Assembly: GCA_030265395.1 (NCBI GenBank)
Contig: JARFYF010000059.1
Span: 22,028,161 to 22,092,160 of the forward strand
Length of the DNA stretch: 64,000 nucleotides
Origin: Rhina ancylostomus
Taxonomy: Eukaryota
Reading direction: 5' to 3'
Shown here in pieces: positions 25,481 through 37,890 of this stretch (the first letter of the stretch is position 1; every line of letters starts with the position of its first letter). Position numbers and translations under genes: made by a program. The notes beneath the pieces are model-generated. The model did no database searches, was not told the origin of the DNA, and worked only from the letters and a program-made list of their open reading frames with translations.

Positions 25481-26099
25481 GATAGGTCTTTGGTGTAGTC
25501 TTTCCTTTACCCGATATAGTTTAGTTTTCAACCATGACTGAAGCCTCATCTATGTACAGAAATGAAAAATCAGATACTTCTGCAGGATTCCATTTCTCAC
25601 CTTAAAATAGCAACCTGCCTCATCATTCTTTATCATTACTTAAAATGATAGACGAATACATTTTTATGCAACTCCTATATCATAATGGATCAGTTCCTGA
25701 CAGACTCTGACATTTCTAATAGAGCTGTTACAGAACAAAAATACTTATTTTACATTAGAAGTCTGGTCTTGTCTTGTTAGCCATCAGAGGAAGAGAAGGA
25801 AGGGGGAGAAGGAGATATTATTTCTGATTTCTCCTTGCTCTGGAGATAACAGGCCAACTCATTCTACCCAACGACAGCATGGTTGTGGCTTTCTGGTAAT
25901 GGTCTTAAGGCCCAATTTATGTCCAAAATGTTCCAACATACAAATCAGCCATCAAAATGGCGTTTCTGAAAGCTTTGGTGAATTACAGAACTCATGCAGA
26001 TCCCACCAGCTAGTCTTGACAACTACTTAGTTTGGACCTAGAAAAAGTGATGCTAATCCTAATACTGACATTCAGCAATGATGCCACAGGAAAATTAAA

Positions 26100-26300
26100 G
26101 CTTACATTAATTGTATTGGTATTGGCTCTTGGATAGAGCAATCCTAAACCAATTCCATTGGTCAACTCCATTCCATAACTCCACTTGTTCATCGATTTGA
26201 TATATTTTTCCAAATAGCCTTGAAGAGTTACAATAGTTTCTGCCTCAGTCACTTTTTTGGCAACATTCCATATTCCAACAGCCTTTGAATTCATTAATAC
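26100..26300 (-). mobile_element. CR1-like 3' fragment
   Basis: Peptide AVGIWNVAKKVTEAETIVTLQGYLEKYI resembles the CR1 ORF2 C-terminus. Confidence 0.6.
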
Positions 26301-29300
26301 GAAGCCTTCCTACTCCCTGAGGGAGAATTTTGTTTGGATGCCCTGTAAAACTGGTTCTACAACCAGAAGACATCAATTATTGGACAAATGCTTTCTATGG
26401 TGACCAACAAACGTCATTTCAAGGGTCTACTGCTGCAAAATTCTGTTGTTTAGTGAATCCAAGACACAAGAGAACCAAATATCTTTCCTTCTCTTGCTCT
26501 GCTGAGTAGGGGAAAACACATGTTGTCGTCCAGATTGTGGGTCATGTGAAGAGTGGAGGGCATAAAGTTGAGTTGAGGGGAGGGGGGGCGTAGGATAGGA
26601 TAAAGACATCGATCAGGAAGATATCAAGATCTTTGGGTGCAACTGCAGTGGTTGTTATTGGGGTGCAAGTGATAGCACTTTGTGATATATTTTTAACTAA
26701 TGCACCTAACTGAAACAGAATCCCAACTGGAATCTGGTCAGATAATAATATTTCAGGTGTTCCAAAGCAGGCGTCTTTAGTCTGTGAAGGTCCAGATGCA
26801 TAGGCACAGAGGATTTGATAAGAATAAGAATGGGCTTTGTGACATGCAGTAAATCCTGATTCAGGTTACTAATCTGATTTCATAAGATGTTCAAATATAT
26901 ATTGCACATAAACATTGAGCTCCACAATAAAATTTCCAGGCCTGTGTTCACCCTCTATTCACTGTTCTATAAACTCTTCTTATTTTTAAAATCCATTATT
27001 ATTCCTTCTTAGAATTAAACTTCTCTAATCCAGAATAAGAGTTTTAGGGTTAAAAACTTGTCTTCAGTTGGATGCGAGAGGCACATGTATTTTGTGGTGA
27101 CTGCTATTCCCATTGACACAAAGAATGGGTAAGAAGTATTGGCCTCACCAGCAACACCGACATCTGAGAAAAGGAAGAAAATTCTCTGCTTTGAAATTCA
27201 TTTCCTTTTTCCAGTGGAAGTAACACCTCTCAGTGCAAGTGCAAAATGGATCTTTCTTTTGCAAAATAAAATCATTTGTTGAAAGGCCTTTAAGATGTAC
27301 AAGAGAATGTAAGTCAGAATTGTTAATTCAAATGAACATATATCCAATCCATTAACTACAGAGGTGACGATGCTCTGCAGCCTCACCTGAACTTACAGAG
27401 CAAATGACAGCCTCATTTAAGCTCTTGAGTAATATGAGTGTAATATTATGTTGCTTATAAGACCCACTTAATGGCTTTTAAATAGGTGATTTCTGATACA
27501 ACACATTTATGTCTGAAAAATAGACAGAGAATGGATAAGGCCTGGAGCTATTCATCCAATAGATTAAATTGTCTGTCTTGGTAGAATGGGTCTAAATTAA
27601 TCCTTGGAGCTTCCTGTTCCCGGAGGCTGTGAGCTTCCATCCCCCTCCGTGGTTCTAGACCTAATGTCATGGCAATTTTACATTCAAAGTGTGCTGTTGG
27701 TAGTAGATGCTTGTAGGACCCTGCCCTTACAGGTACAAAATTCTACTGTAAGAGAGCTGAATCATCCCAATACAGCAGTGCCCCGTATCAAAGATTTTGC
27801 ACATGCTAAGATCAGTCGTGAGTAAAGTGAACTTCAAATAACATAAAGAAATCTCTGTCCACGATTGTTAAAAAAAAATCAGAACCCCTGAGTGGGTTAT
27901 AGAGAAGGATGAAAGGATCAGAGTGAAGTGCACAGAGAATAACACACAATGAAGACTGGCAGACATCAACATTCACAGAAATGTGAAACACACATTTGTC
28001 TTCTCATATTAAAATGGTGGTTGGAGAGGTAGCCCTGACATCAGGGTGGTTCTGCTTCAAGGGGACAATGTCTCCCTCAAATAAACTTAGTACTCTGTCA
28101 TGAAATAGTTTTGTTATGCACTTACTTGATCAAAGTAGCAGCTATTATATAAGTTTAGCATTGTCCCTTCTGCTGCTTGGCATGAGGTTTGCAATTTTAA
28201 TTGGATCACAGATGGACTTCTGACAAAGAAGGATTAATGCAGCACCACACAAATAATGGGGCAATTCTAATCTATCAGATGTGATCAAAGTCTTAACAGA
28301 ATAATGGTACACAATCTTCAGCCATGTCATATCACTTTTATTGGATAGTCTGGTAATTGTCATTCTTCTAGTTGCTTTGAAAACAATTTTTATATTCTGT
28401 TGCAGAGTACAGGCACAGGCTCAATAATTATTTTTCATCTTTTTGGCTCATTGTTCTCTGAAAAGGGAAAGTGTGCAATCATACTGACAAATATTGGACA
28501 ATATGATAATATCATGAACGGAAGTGAGAAAACACTTTAAAACATAGATTGGATCATNNNNNNNNNNAATCCTAATTAAATGCTTATAACTTGTAACAGT
28601 TTCAATATCATACATTGCTTAAAGCACACATTACAAAGTAACACGACATTTAACTCACTAGGAGCAATGCCACAAGGATTTCCTAGTTTACACTGAGGCA
28701 AGTCTGCCACAAATTTGCCACACATTAAAAATAAAACCATTTATTTCCTCCTGATTTCTCTTAACCGTTGAATGACTTCTGGGAATGCCAAATTAGCATC
28801 AAAGCAACAATATATTGTGTTTTCCTTATGGCGATACACCTATTAAAATCCAGAGTGGTACTTCATCGGCAAAATTAACATTGTTCAATGCAAGGCATGA
28901 ACCCTGTTGTAACAAAGCAGTGGTTTCTCCAACTATAGTGAGGAATGCCCAGGATTCACCATATATGCAACTGATATCCAGTCATGCCCTGACCTCACTA
29001 TAATGGAAACTTACTGACAGACATTACTCCAAAAGAGTCACAATTGCCAAGCAGTACATTGAAATGAAAACATAATTATAACACAAATTTGATCTCAGTT
29101 CTCAGAGCTGCAACAATACGAACTGGAAAAGCCATGAAATGCCTTTGAAAAATTGCTTATATATTAAAACCAAACATCTGAGACATTATAAAACGTACCA
29201 TGTGAAAAGTTTTAGGACAGATAATTTACAGAAGGATCCTGTCACATTTGTGCAGTGAGGACATTTTCATCAAGAATGTTTTATTGATGGATGAATGGGA

Positions 29301-29785
29301 CTCTTTATAAAATATATTTCCTCGACTCCTTTGTCTACCCTACTTGTCCAGTGCACCAGTCCACTGACAACTGAAGTATAGTCCACCCTCTGACTTGAAA
29401 GAAGCACAAGATCATGCTCAAGTGAATATTTACTTTAAGCTTTTCCATCTTCCACACCACTGAAACAACTCATTAAAACAATGGAATCACTTTATTTTGG
29501 GACAATAAGAGAAACAGTCAAAAAGTGACCCATAAGTACCCTATACTTTTTCTGTTGTACAGCTCTGGCCCAAACTTAGTTTCTATGAGCCATAAGAGCC
29601 AGGAAAATTGAGGACCATGCCCCTTCAGAGATATAAACTTTGTTTCATACATATTGAAGGCTGTGGGAAAATGGCTAGGATGCTGCCTGTGGCAAACTGC
29701 CAGAGTAAAACTGTCATAAATCTGAACAGTACTACAAAGCCCAATTAAATAGGACCAATAATAAATCAATAATTGTGTGACTCAC

Positions 29786-30135
29786 CTCCCATCCGAAGTT
29801 TGGATCCTTTAGTGTCACTCTCTGAACTCCGGCATAAGGACCAAATTTGTCTCCTACTTCATGCTTCTTCTTGGCCCAAATCCCTAATCCAGCTCCAGGA
29901 ATTGAAGACTCCCTTAGCTCGAAGTCCGGCGGGATTGGAATGTCTTCAGGAATGTAGACAGGGGCTTCATACGGGGATCCTTCTTTTGGGGTAAATTCAT
30001 TGTTGGTGGGAAGTGGAGATGGTGGGCCCACGGGAATCGGGGACATGATACTATCTTCTGTTTCTTCTCCTCCACTCTCTCCAGCTGGTGGCTCTGGATC
30101 TGTCTCATACATATTATCAACCACTTCACTGTCAC
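29786..30135 (-). CDS. PRDM16: PRDM16 coding exon 2 (N-terminal region and first half of PR/SET domain)
   Basis: Minus strand reads tatgtttag|GTGACAGTGAAGTG...GGATGGGAG|gtgagt, a 350-bp exon with phase 1 start and phase 0 end. Translation DSEVVDNMYE...EDSIMSPIPVGPPSPLPTNNEFTPKEGSPYEAPVYIPEDIPIPPDFELRESSIPGAGLGIWAKKKHEVGDKFGPYAGVQRVTLKDPNFGWE is colinear without gaps with human PRDM16 residues 14-129 as recalled. The MSPIPVGPPSP segment distinguishes it from MECOM. Confidence 0.96.
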
Positions 30136-30299
30136 CTAAACATAGGGATAAGAAACAAAGAACGAAATGAAGGAACTTGCTAAACTACAAATGCCTTTTA
30201 CATTTCACAAAAAAGCTGTGATGTTTGGTCCCTTTATGTCCTTTTTCCTCTTCCCTCAGCAACCTCCAAAAGCCCCAAACCCCAAGATCACGGCATTTC

Positions 30300-30530
30300 T
30301 CTTGATCTGTTTTCTTCTTCATCATCCCTTTCCTTTGTTCTGTTTATGACAATGTCTTCCCTCACAGGGCCTAAGATTTGACATTCTCTCCCAAACTTCT
30401 TAACCTCTTCACTTCTCTTTCTTTCTAAGAACCCCTCTTTGAACAAGATTATAGAAATATTTCCAAGTATTTTTTAACATGGCTATGAAGGACCCTGGGA
30501 CACTTTACCATTTTAAAACATTGTTCTGGA
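30300..30530 (+). mobile_element. L2-like LINE 3' fragment
   Basis: gggcctaagatttgacattctctcccaaac...ctatgaaggaccctgggacactttaccattttaaa; similar to 50280-50515. Confidence 0.45.
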
Positions 30531-31022
30531 TTACATTCCATGAGATTAGTATTTGCACATCATTATACCATCAAATTTAACTTGCTTCTGCTGGCACGAA
30601 ACATAGCGCTCTGTGGGAAAACTGAAGCATTGAGTGTTTCTGAGAACTGGATTTCACAGGGCAAATAATACCTGGCCTACTGTTTCTACTACAGACAGGT
30701 TGAATTCATTTAAGATACTCACCCACACCCATAGACCATTTCAACTGCTTTATTTACTGAACATCAGCCAGCAGGTTGATTATGAAAGTCACTAAAAATG
30801 AAGTCTAATCTTGCTCTCTTCCATAAACATTCCTGAAATGTGACCCCTTGTTTCTGTTTATAAGTTTCTGGCTGTGTTTCCCTCTCATCATTGTCTCATG
30901 ATCTTGCTTATTCAATTCTGATAAAGGATGTATATCATTGCCTTGGTGTACCCTTCAGTGTCTCATACTTCTTTTCTTGTAACAATCCTCTCTGATCTCC
31001 TCCCTCCCAAATCTTTCATAGT

Positions 31023-31445
31023 AACACGGAGACAAGAGAGTCTGCAGATGCTGGAATCTGGAGCAACACACACAGAAAATGCTGGAGGAGCTCAGCGGGT
31101 CAGGCAGCATCTACGGAGAGAAATAAACAGTCGACGTATCAGATTGAGACCCTTCATCAGGACTGGAAAGGAAGAGGGCAGAAGCCAGAATAAAAAGGTC
31201 AGGGGAGAGGAAGAGCACACACAGGCAGGTGATAGGTGAGTTCTGTGAGTCCAGGTGAGAGGAGGAAGGTAGATGAGTGNNNNNNNNNNNNNNNNNNNNN
31301 NNNNNNNNNNNNNNNNNNNNNNNNNNNNNNNNNNNNNNNNNNNNNNNNNNNNNNNNNNNNNNNNNNNNNNNNNNNNNNNGATAGGTGAGTTCAGTGAGTC
31401 CAGGTGAGAGGAGGAAGGTAGATGAGTGGGGGAGGAGGAGATGTA
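31023..31445 (-). mobile_element. Penelope-like element 3' end with hammerhead motif
   Basis: Well-preserved terminus acaagagagtctgcagatgctggaatctggagcaac...cagtcgacgtatcagattgagacccttcatcaggactgg followed by a purine-rich UTR. Confidence 0.85.
31128..31165 (-). ncRNA. Minimal type-I hammerhead ribozyme motif (core mutated, probably inactive)
   Basis: CAGTC-CTGATGA-AGGGTCTCAATCT-GATACGTC-GACTG: perfect 5-bp stem I, CUGAUGA core, palindromic ACGU stem III and GUC site, but GAAA is changed to GATA. Confidence 0.7.
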
Positions 31446-32440
31446 AGAACTCCAACACTTTTTGTGTGTTCTTCCGCAGTAACAGCTAATGCTGTCCTCT
31501 TTTAATGAAATTGGGAATCAGGTTTTTTTCCTTTGCTCTTTCAAGGTGTCGGATCAATTGAAAGAACTCTTCAGTCCACCTCTGCTGAAACTGTTGAGGA
31601 AGACCAGGGAGCGAATGAACTGGTCCTCCAGCACATCTGTAAAACTTGGTTGAATGTTAGGTAATGCAATCAGCTTTTGAGTTAAATGAAGGACAGACAT
31701 CCCAAAGGTTTAAAGGCCCATAATCAAAATGAAGAAGGAATAAGTGCAAGATATGCCAAAAATTGATGGCTGCCATTAATATCTCACTGTAAGCTTTGAG
31801 AAAAAGGTGTTTCATTTCCTACTTATTTAGAGATATAATCAGCCTAGTGTACCACTGCATATTTGAAGAGCCCCAATTTAAAGTTAAACCACAGAAACAT
31901 ATCTTTTGGGAAAGAACAGACCACTGGAAAAGGAGCTTACAGAGTCAGCCAGTGTCATGTAATTTGTATGCCCTCAATCTAAACACAAACTGCAATCATC
32001 CACTAACTAGGCAGCAATTATCTGTGGCTGCAATCACTGTTTCATCAGTCTGTTTCTGTTATGTGCCAAGTGTGCTGACTGCAATAGATTCATTCAATCC
32101 GCCTTTTAAATGAGATCCCCTTGCACAGCCCATTTCTGTCCATGATGAGGTCTGGTTTGCCCATTGTTTTGATTACCCTTTCCTGCCCTAGCCCCATCAT
32201 GTGGACTGGCATTATTTTCATCCAAATGGAACAGTTTGTATTTTTATCCTTTTCCGACATGGTTTTCTGACTTGCTCAACAAAGTAATTTTCCATCTTAC
32301 AGGAATTTCCCTGCAATGCTGACTGTCTCCTCTTCTTTAATGGAACTCTTTCTGGAGATCTCTTTTAATCTTCTACAAGCCGCCATGCCCCAAATCCTAT
32401 TTGACGTTATTTTCATATTCCTATGCAGACTCTTCAAAGG

Positions 32441-32850
32441 ACTTTATTCCCTGGAACATAAGAGATTGTGGGGTGACCTGATAGGCGTAGATAAGATCAT
32501 GCAGGACATAGACAGGGTGAAAGCACATAGTCTTTTTCCCAGGGAGGAGTTGCTGAAAACAAGAAGGCATATGTTTAAGATCAGAGGCAAGAGATTTAAA
32601 AGGGACATTAGAGGCAGCTTCTTCATGTGGAGGGGTGGTGTGTATTTGGAATGAGCTGCCAGAAATTAGTGACTGAAGCAGACGCATTAGCAACATTTAA
32701 TAGCCATCTAGATAAGTATGGATGGGAGAGGTTTAGAGGGCTATGGGCCAAACACGAGTGGATGGGACTAGCTCGCTGGGCGACACAATCGGAATGAGTG
32801 AGTTGGGCCGAAGGGCCTGTTTCCGTGCTGTAAGACTTTATGACCCTATA
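32441..32850 (+). mobile_element. CR1 LINE 3' end
   Basis: LYSLEHKRLWGDLIGVDKIMQDIDRVKAHSLFPREELLKTRRHMFKIRGKRFKRDIRGSFF is the CR1 ORF2 C-terminus; tail gggccgaagggcctgtttccgtgctgtaagactttatgacccta. Confidence 0.9.
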
Positions 32851-33869
32851 TTCTCAATGATGATCTTTGTGGTACTCTGCACCGTCTGAATCTAACTAAG
32901 CCTGATTTATTGCTTTGTCCTCACCTACAATGGCAGCCTACACGATTTATATCTTTGGATCTAAATCACTGCTGCTTCATCCTGATCTCTCCCATCCTGA
33001 CTTCTCCCATATTCCCCACCTTAACCTTCAGCTGCTCTCTTTCATCACACCTACTCTCTAGATTCTCCATTCTGATTCTTACCTATTCCAACTAGCATAT
33101 TCACAACTTGTTTTTCTTCCAAATCTTGCAAAGCAGTCCTTCTTGCTCTCTCAAAGGTCTGTGGCTGCCCTGCTCTGCCCCACCTACAGTTTTTTTGCTT
33201 CCAAATGTCTTTCTGGATGAATCAGTTGATGATGCTCCTCAAACATCACTTTTTTTTCTGAATCATAACTTGATATAATTCCAAATATTCCATTGAGCTT
33301 TGACTTTCATTTTGAACAAATGATTTTTGGAATCAGCTCAGCTCTCCAAGGATGGGAGTACATTTTCTTGAATACCACAAACAATGCACAATTCAAACCT
33401 TCCTTTTTGTGGGGGTATGAGTCAAAGTATAATTCTCCAGTCATTGTAGAAATGCACTTGGACCAAATTAAAACCACATTTTAAAATACCATGGGGTGGG
33501 AATGCTCACATCAAATTCTGTTGCCATTAAACACTGAAACACTCTCTTTGGCACTTCACATACTCTTTTACAGAGCAAATCACTGAACTGGGAGAAAAAT
33601 AGACAAGAAAGAGGACTGGTGCAGAAGAGGAACCAATGAGTCAGAGGTCTTCACAACTGTTGCACCAGAATCCAGACAGCTAAACCCATTCAGAATTCTA
33701 TGAGTTTCTGTCACAGTACAAACCGATGGCAAAATGTAAGTCTACAGAACCAGCTTCACAACAGTTGCAATCCCACTTAGTGAGACCCTGCAATCATGTA
33801 GATTTTCCAACTCACTTTACAATAGGCTGACAGGTAGAATAGGTCCACCAATGCTGGATTTAAGAATGC

Positions 33870-34150
33870 TTACTGTCATGCCTAAATATTTCCATGGCCT
33901 AGCCATCCCTATCTCTTTAAAGTTATTCAGCTCTACACCATTTCTCAAACCCTGTGTTCCTCCACAAGTATTGCCCTACTCTTGCTGGGAGTGCATTCAG
34001 CAATCTAGGCATTCAAGCTTTGGAATTACTCTCATAGACATTCCATTTAGTGTCTCTTTTATGACTCTCCACCAATTTTTGTTTGCTTGCTCTCCTGTCC
34101 TGTGCCTTGGGAAATTAAAAGCACTGTATAAGTGGAAGTTGTTCGTATAG
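33870..34150 (+). mobile_element. L2-like LINE 3' fragment
   Basis: ttccatggcctagccatccctatctct...gccttgggaaattaaaagcactgtataagtggaagttgtt. Confidence 0.5.
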
Positions 34151-36389
34151 TGCCAGAGGGAGAGCAAGTACAATATTTATCAAGGGTAAAAGAGGAAGGT
34201 ATGGAAATATTTTGTGCCTTGTTCCCTGGAGACCTAATCAATGAGGGAAATAAGTTTTTTCAGGGCTTTTGGTGTTCATACCTCAGGATAACAAAACTGA
34301 ATTAGAAAACAAATCACCCTAATGTCCNNNNNNNNNNNNNNNNNNNNNNNNNNNNNNNNNNNNNNNNNNNNNNNNNNNNNNNNNNNNNNNNNNNNNNNNN
34401 NNNNNNNNNNNNNNNNNNNNNNNNNNNGTCCTTTACACTACACTGACTCTTGGAGTATGAAAGAATACTGATCTATCAATATCACTTTCACAGATCTTCA
34501 TGGTCAAATTTCAAGCCAACACAGAGTGAAATAATCCCATTGGCGTCAAAGTACAAGATACATTTTTGAAAAAAAAGCTTCAAGTTAAAAGGAATAGAGA
34601 GGCAAATGCCACAGAGCAGGACAGGGCTGAGGGATTGGGTTCACTTCTCAACTACTTGGTAACATCTGCATTTACTCACTATGCTTTTCACCATTATCAA
34701 GCTGTGGTAGGTTAGGCACTGCTAAAACTTATTGCTTGTGACCATATCAAAAATTTGAAAATCACGATCACATAGTGCAGAATTTTCAGACAATAGTTTT
34801 GAGTGACACTTTCCTCAACTGTCAAATAATTACATTGCCCAGACCCAGGTCCTGAGTTACAAAGCAGAAAAATTCAGTGATGAGCAAGTTGCACATATCA
34901 GCACCAATGTAAACCCATGAAATACAAATATGAGGAAAATCATAACTGAGATTATTTTTCATGGAGCAATCTAGTTTTAACATGTGTTTAAAATCATTGA
35001 AGAAAGGGTTGGTAAAACCAGACTGTGCCTAAAAGCAAAGGGGTCTGGATATGAGGTGGTCTAGAATGAAAAGTCATAAAAGAATTTTGAACAGAGGGCT
35101 GGAGAAACCTTTTGAAACAGAGAGATGTGAAGTTGCAGAATCCATTTTCACAGTTTGGAATCTTAGTGCAGCCAGTGTGCATCTACAGACAGATGTACAC
35201 CATGAAAGGTTGTGAGAGCCAAAAATAACAATTGATCTGGCTTTGCACTCGGCATCACGTGACTAAAGCCAGAGAGTGCATCAGTCTGGATGTGAGGTGG
35301 GAATAGGCTCAGACTTGAACTTGATGGCTCAATCTCCTTGATGACATAACTTACTAAAAATCATTTTGCTAGATTTGGGGGAAAAAAAATAACTGGGCTA
35401 CCATATGGTGAGCTTTCAATGGGGAAAAATATATAAATAAAAAAATGTGAATCTAAACATCGTGCTTGGAATGTTGCTTGCTTGCTATTGTACGAGGATT
35501 TTTTGTGAAGGGTGGGGATGTTTAAACAATTAAAGAGTGGATGAAGGCACTGAAAAATGTTAAAAGATTTGCTTGAGGTTTCATCAGCAGTTGATTTTTA
35601 GTTGTTAATCTATTTGTCGAGCACTTCCACATTTGTTTCAGTAGCTTTCAAAGGATCATCATTTAGCTTATCTTCTTTTACAAAAACAATTAAAAAAATC
35701 AAAGTAATATTTACTGTCCAACTGAAAGCATTCGCATCCCTCATACTTCCACCTTCAGTGGGAAGTAATTTCCACTGCAGCAAACTCTAATGAACAAATG
35801 TCTCTTTAAGACTGCAGAAGCATTGGGTGAATCCTACAATGTAAGCTCACCACCAAGTAAAGCATCCTTTAAAAAAGGTCCAGTTTCTGTCTGTGGAAAG
35901 CATGCCTCCATTCCCAAGAAGGGGAGACAGCCACACAAAAGAAATCTTTTAAAAAATGTATTTATTTTTCTCATACTAGCAAAACATAAATGGTAAACTC
36001 TAGACAAGTTCTTTATCCCCCCTGTGGAAGCTTAGTTCTTGAAAAAAAACTTGTCAAAGCCTTTCAATAAAGCCCAAGCATGTTATGCATGTTAAGGAGA
36101 AGACCTTTCTCCAGGTGCAAGTTCATAGCTACCTNNNNNNNNNNNNNNNNNNNNNNNNNNNNNNNNNNNNNNNNNNNNNNNNNNNNNNNNNNNNNNNNNN
36201 NNNNNNNNNNNNNNNNNNNNNNNNNNNNNNNNNNGGAAAGTGCAACGATAGTGGCTTGCGGGGTGGGTTGGGAAGATGAGGGGAATGGCTTTTCAATGAT
36301 CACTCTGTTGATGCAATTTTCAACATTTCCCTTTGTTTGCCAGTGTTGCCCCTTTTAATTTCTCAAGTTCTATTCCGAGTCTAACAAAA

Positions 36390-37640
36390 CTGGATTTTGT
36401 CCAACAATGACAAACATCTGCCTTTGTGCAAGGTACAATTCCAACCATTGAGGTGCTTCCTCTTAATGGCCATTGATATCATTTTCACCAGGGTTCTCTG
36501 ATGTCAGTCTCATGTCTTGGCATCAAAGGCAGAGTCTCACTTCACTACTGGAGTTCAGCTGTTTGGTCCAACCAGTGTTGTGATGAGGTCTGGAGCCCAG
36601 TAGTGCCAGTGAAATCCAAAGCCGACATCGGAAAACAAGCTGTTGGAGAGTAGACATCACTTGATTGCAGAGTCAATGACAATTTCCATCACTATTCTGA
36701 TGATTGAATAAACAAACTAGGATTCAGTCAGAATGGAATTGGCCTTCTGCTTGTGAAAAGGACTTAGCCAGGCTATTTCACACATTGTTGAGTAGAGGCA
36801 GCTGGTCCTGGAATGAAGGCCTTCAGTACCACAGTTGGGTCATTGCCTTGTTCCAAAGCTTTTGCTGCATCCACGGCTCTCCGCTGTTTCTTGATATCAT
36901 GTGCAGTCAATTAAACTGGCTTCTGTGATGGTGGGGGACCCAGGATGTGCTGAGATGCATCATCCGATCAGCACTTCTAGCTGAACATGGTTGTGAATGC
37001 TTCACCCTTGTCTGTAGCACTCACCTGTGGGCCCCACAGTTATTGAGGATGAGGAAGTTCTTGGAGCCCCCTCCTGTTATCTACCACAGTTCATGACATG
37101 AGGGTGCAGGACGGCATGCACACAGTCTCTGGCCCAGGGAAAGGGAGTCAAAAACTATGGGGCATTGGTTTAAGGTGAGAGGAGAAAAGGGATCTGAAGG
37201 ACAATTTCCTCATGCAGAGAGTCATACGTACATGGAACAAGCTGCCAGAGGAAGTGGTTGAGGCAGGCACAATGACAATATTTAAAAGACACTTGGACAA
37301 GTACATGGATAGGAAAGGTTTAGAGGGATGTGGGCAAGTGAGACTGGCTTAGATGGGTATCTTGGCTGGCATGGACCATTTGGACTGAAGGACTGATTAC
37401 TCAGTGACTTCATGACTGCACTGATCTGATCTGCTGGTTTTGGGATTACATAGCTTTTGCATGTTGTTTTTGCTGTTTAGCACGTGTGATGTTTCACTGT
37501 AGTGGCTTTGCCGAGACAGGACCCCAGTTTTAGGTGCTGCTGCCTGGATGTCCTCCTGCATTCCTCGATGGACCATAGTTGACCCCTTCCCTTGACTTTA
37601 ATGGGAGGGTGAATTATTGTGGCCAATCTACAGTCACCAC
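36390..37640 (-). mobile_element. Degenerate LINE (CR1/L2 group) ORF2 fragments, interrupted by a CR1
   Basis: gtgttgtgatgaggtctggagccc, ggatgtgctgagatgcatcatcc and tgatctgatctgctggttttggga resemble a recalled elasmobranch LINE; same family as 63610-64000. Confidence 0.55.
37117..37413 (+). mobile_element. CR1 LINE 3' end nested in an older LINE
   Basis: aaaactatggggcattggtttaaggtgagagg...tggaacaagctgccagaggaagtgg; homologous to 32520-32850. Confidence 0.85.
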
Positions 37641-37711
37641 AGCCACTCAGTCCAATGTTGAAAAACGACCTCCTGTCTCCAAATATAGTTTTGTTCTAAC
37701 ATAACTTATAG

Positions 37712-37890
37712 CAAAATCTGAAAATGCTGGCAACAGACTTAACATTTCAGGTTCTCTGATCTAAAACGTTAACTTTGCTTTGATCTGAAATGTTAACTTT
37801 CCATAGATGGTCCCTGATCTGCAAAGTGTTTCCAGCATTTTCTGATCTTATTTCAGATTTCCAGCATCTGTAGATTTTTGATTTTTATTT
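37712..37890. mobile_element. Inverted Penelope-like termini with internal 20-bp duplication
   Basis: ctgaaaatgctgg...ccagcattttctga arms; internal tgatctaaaacgttaacttt / tgatctgaaatgttaacttt. Confidence 0.7.

Larger units (their letters stand above)
1..29785 (-). other. PRDM16: PRDM16 intron 2 (5' part)
   Basis: Downstream of the GAG|gtgagt donor. No further PRDM16-like exon recognised, although a short exon 3 could be missed by eye. Confidence 0.7.

Noticed and set aside
29732-30124. 130-aa ORF as a stand-alone gene, or as MECOM
   Set aside because: It is a spliced exon. The ORF's start is an internal Val codon and residues after GWE are intron read-through. The N-terminal half and 350-bp length fit PRDM16.
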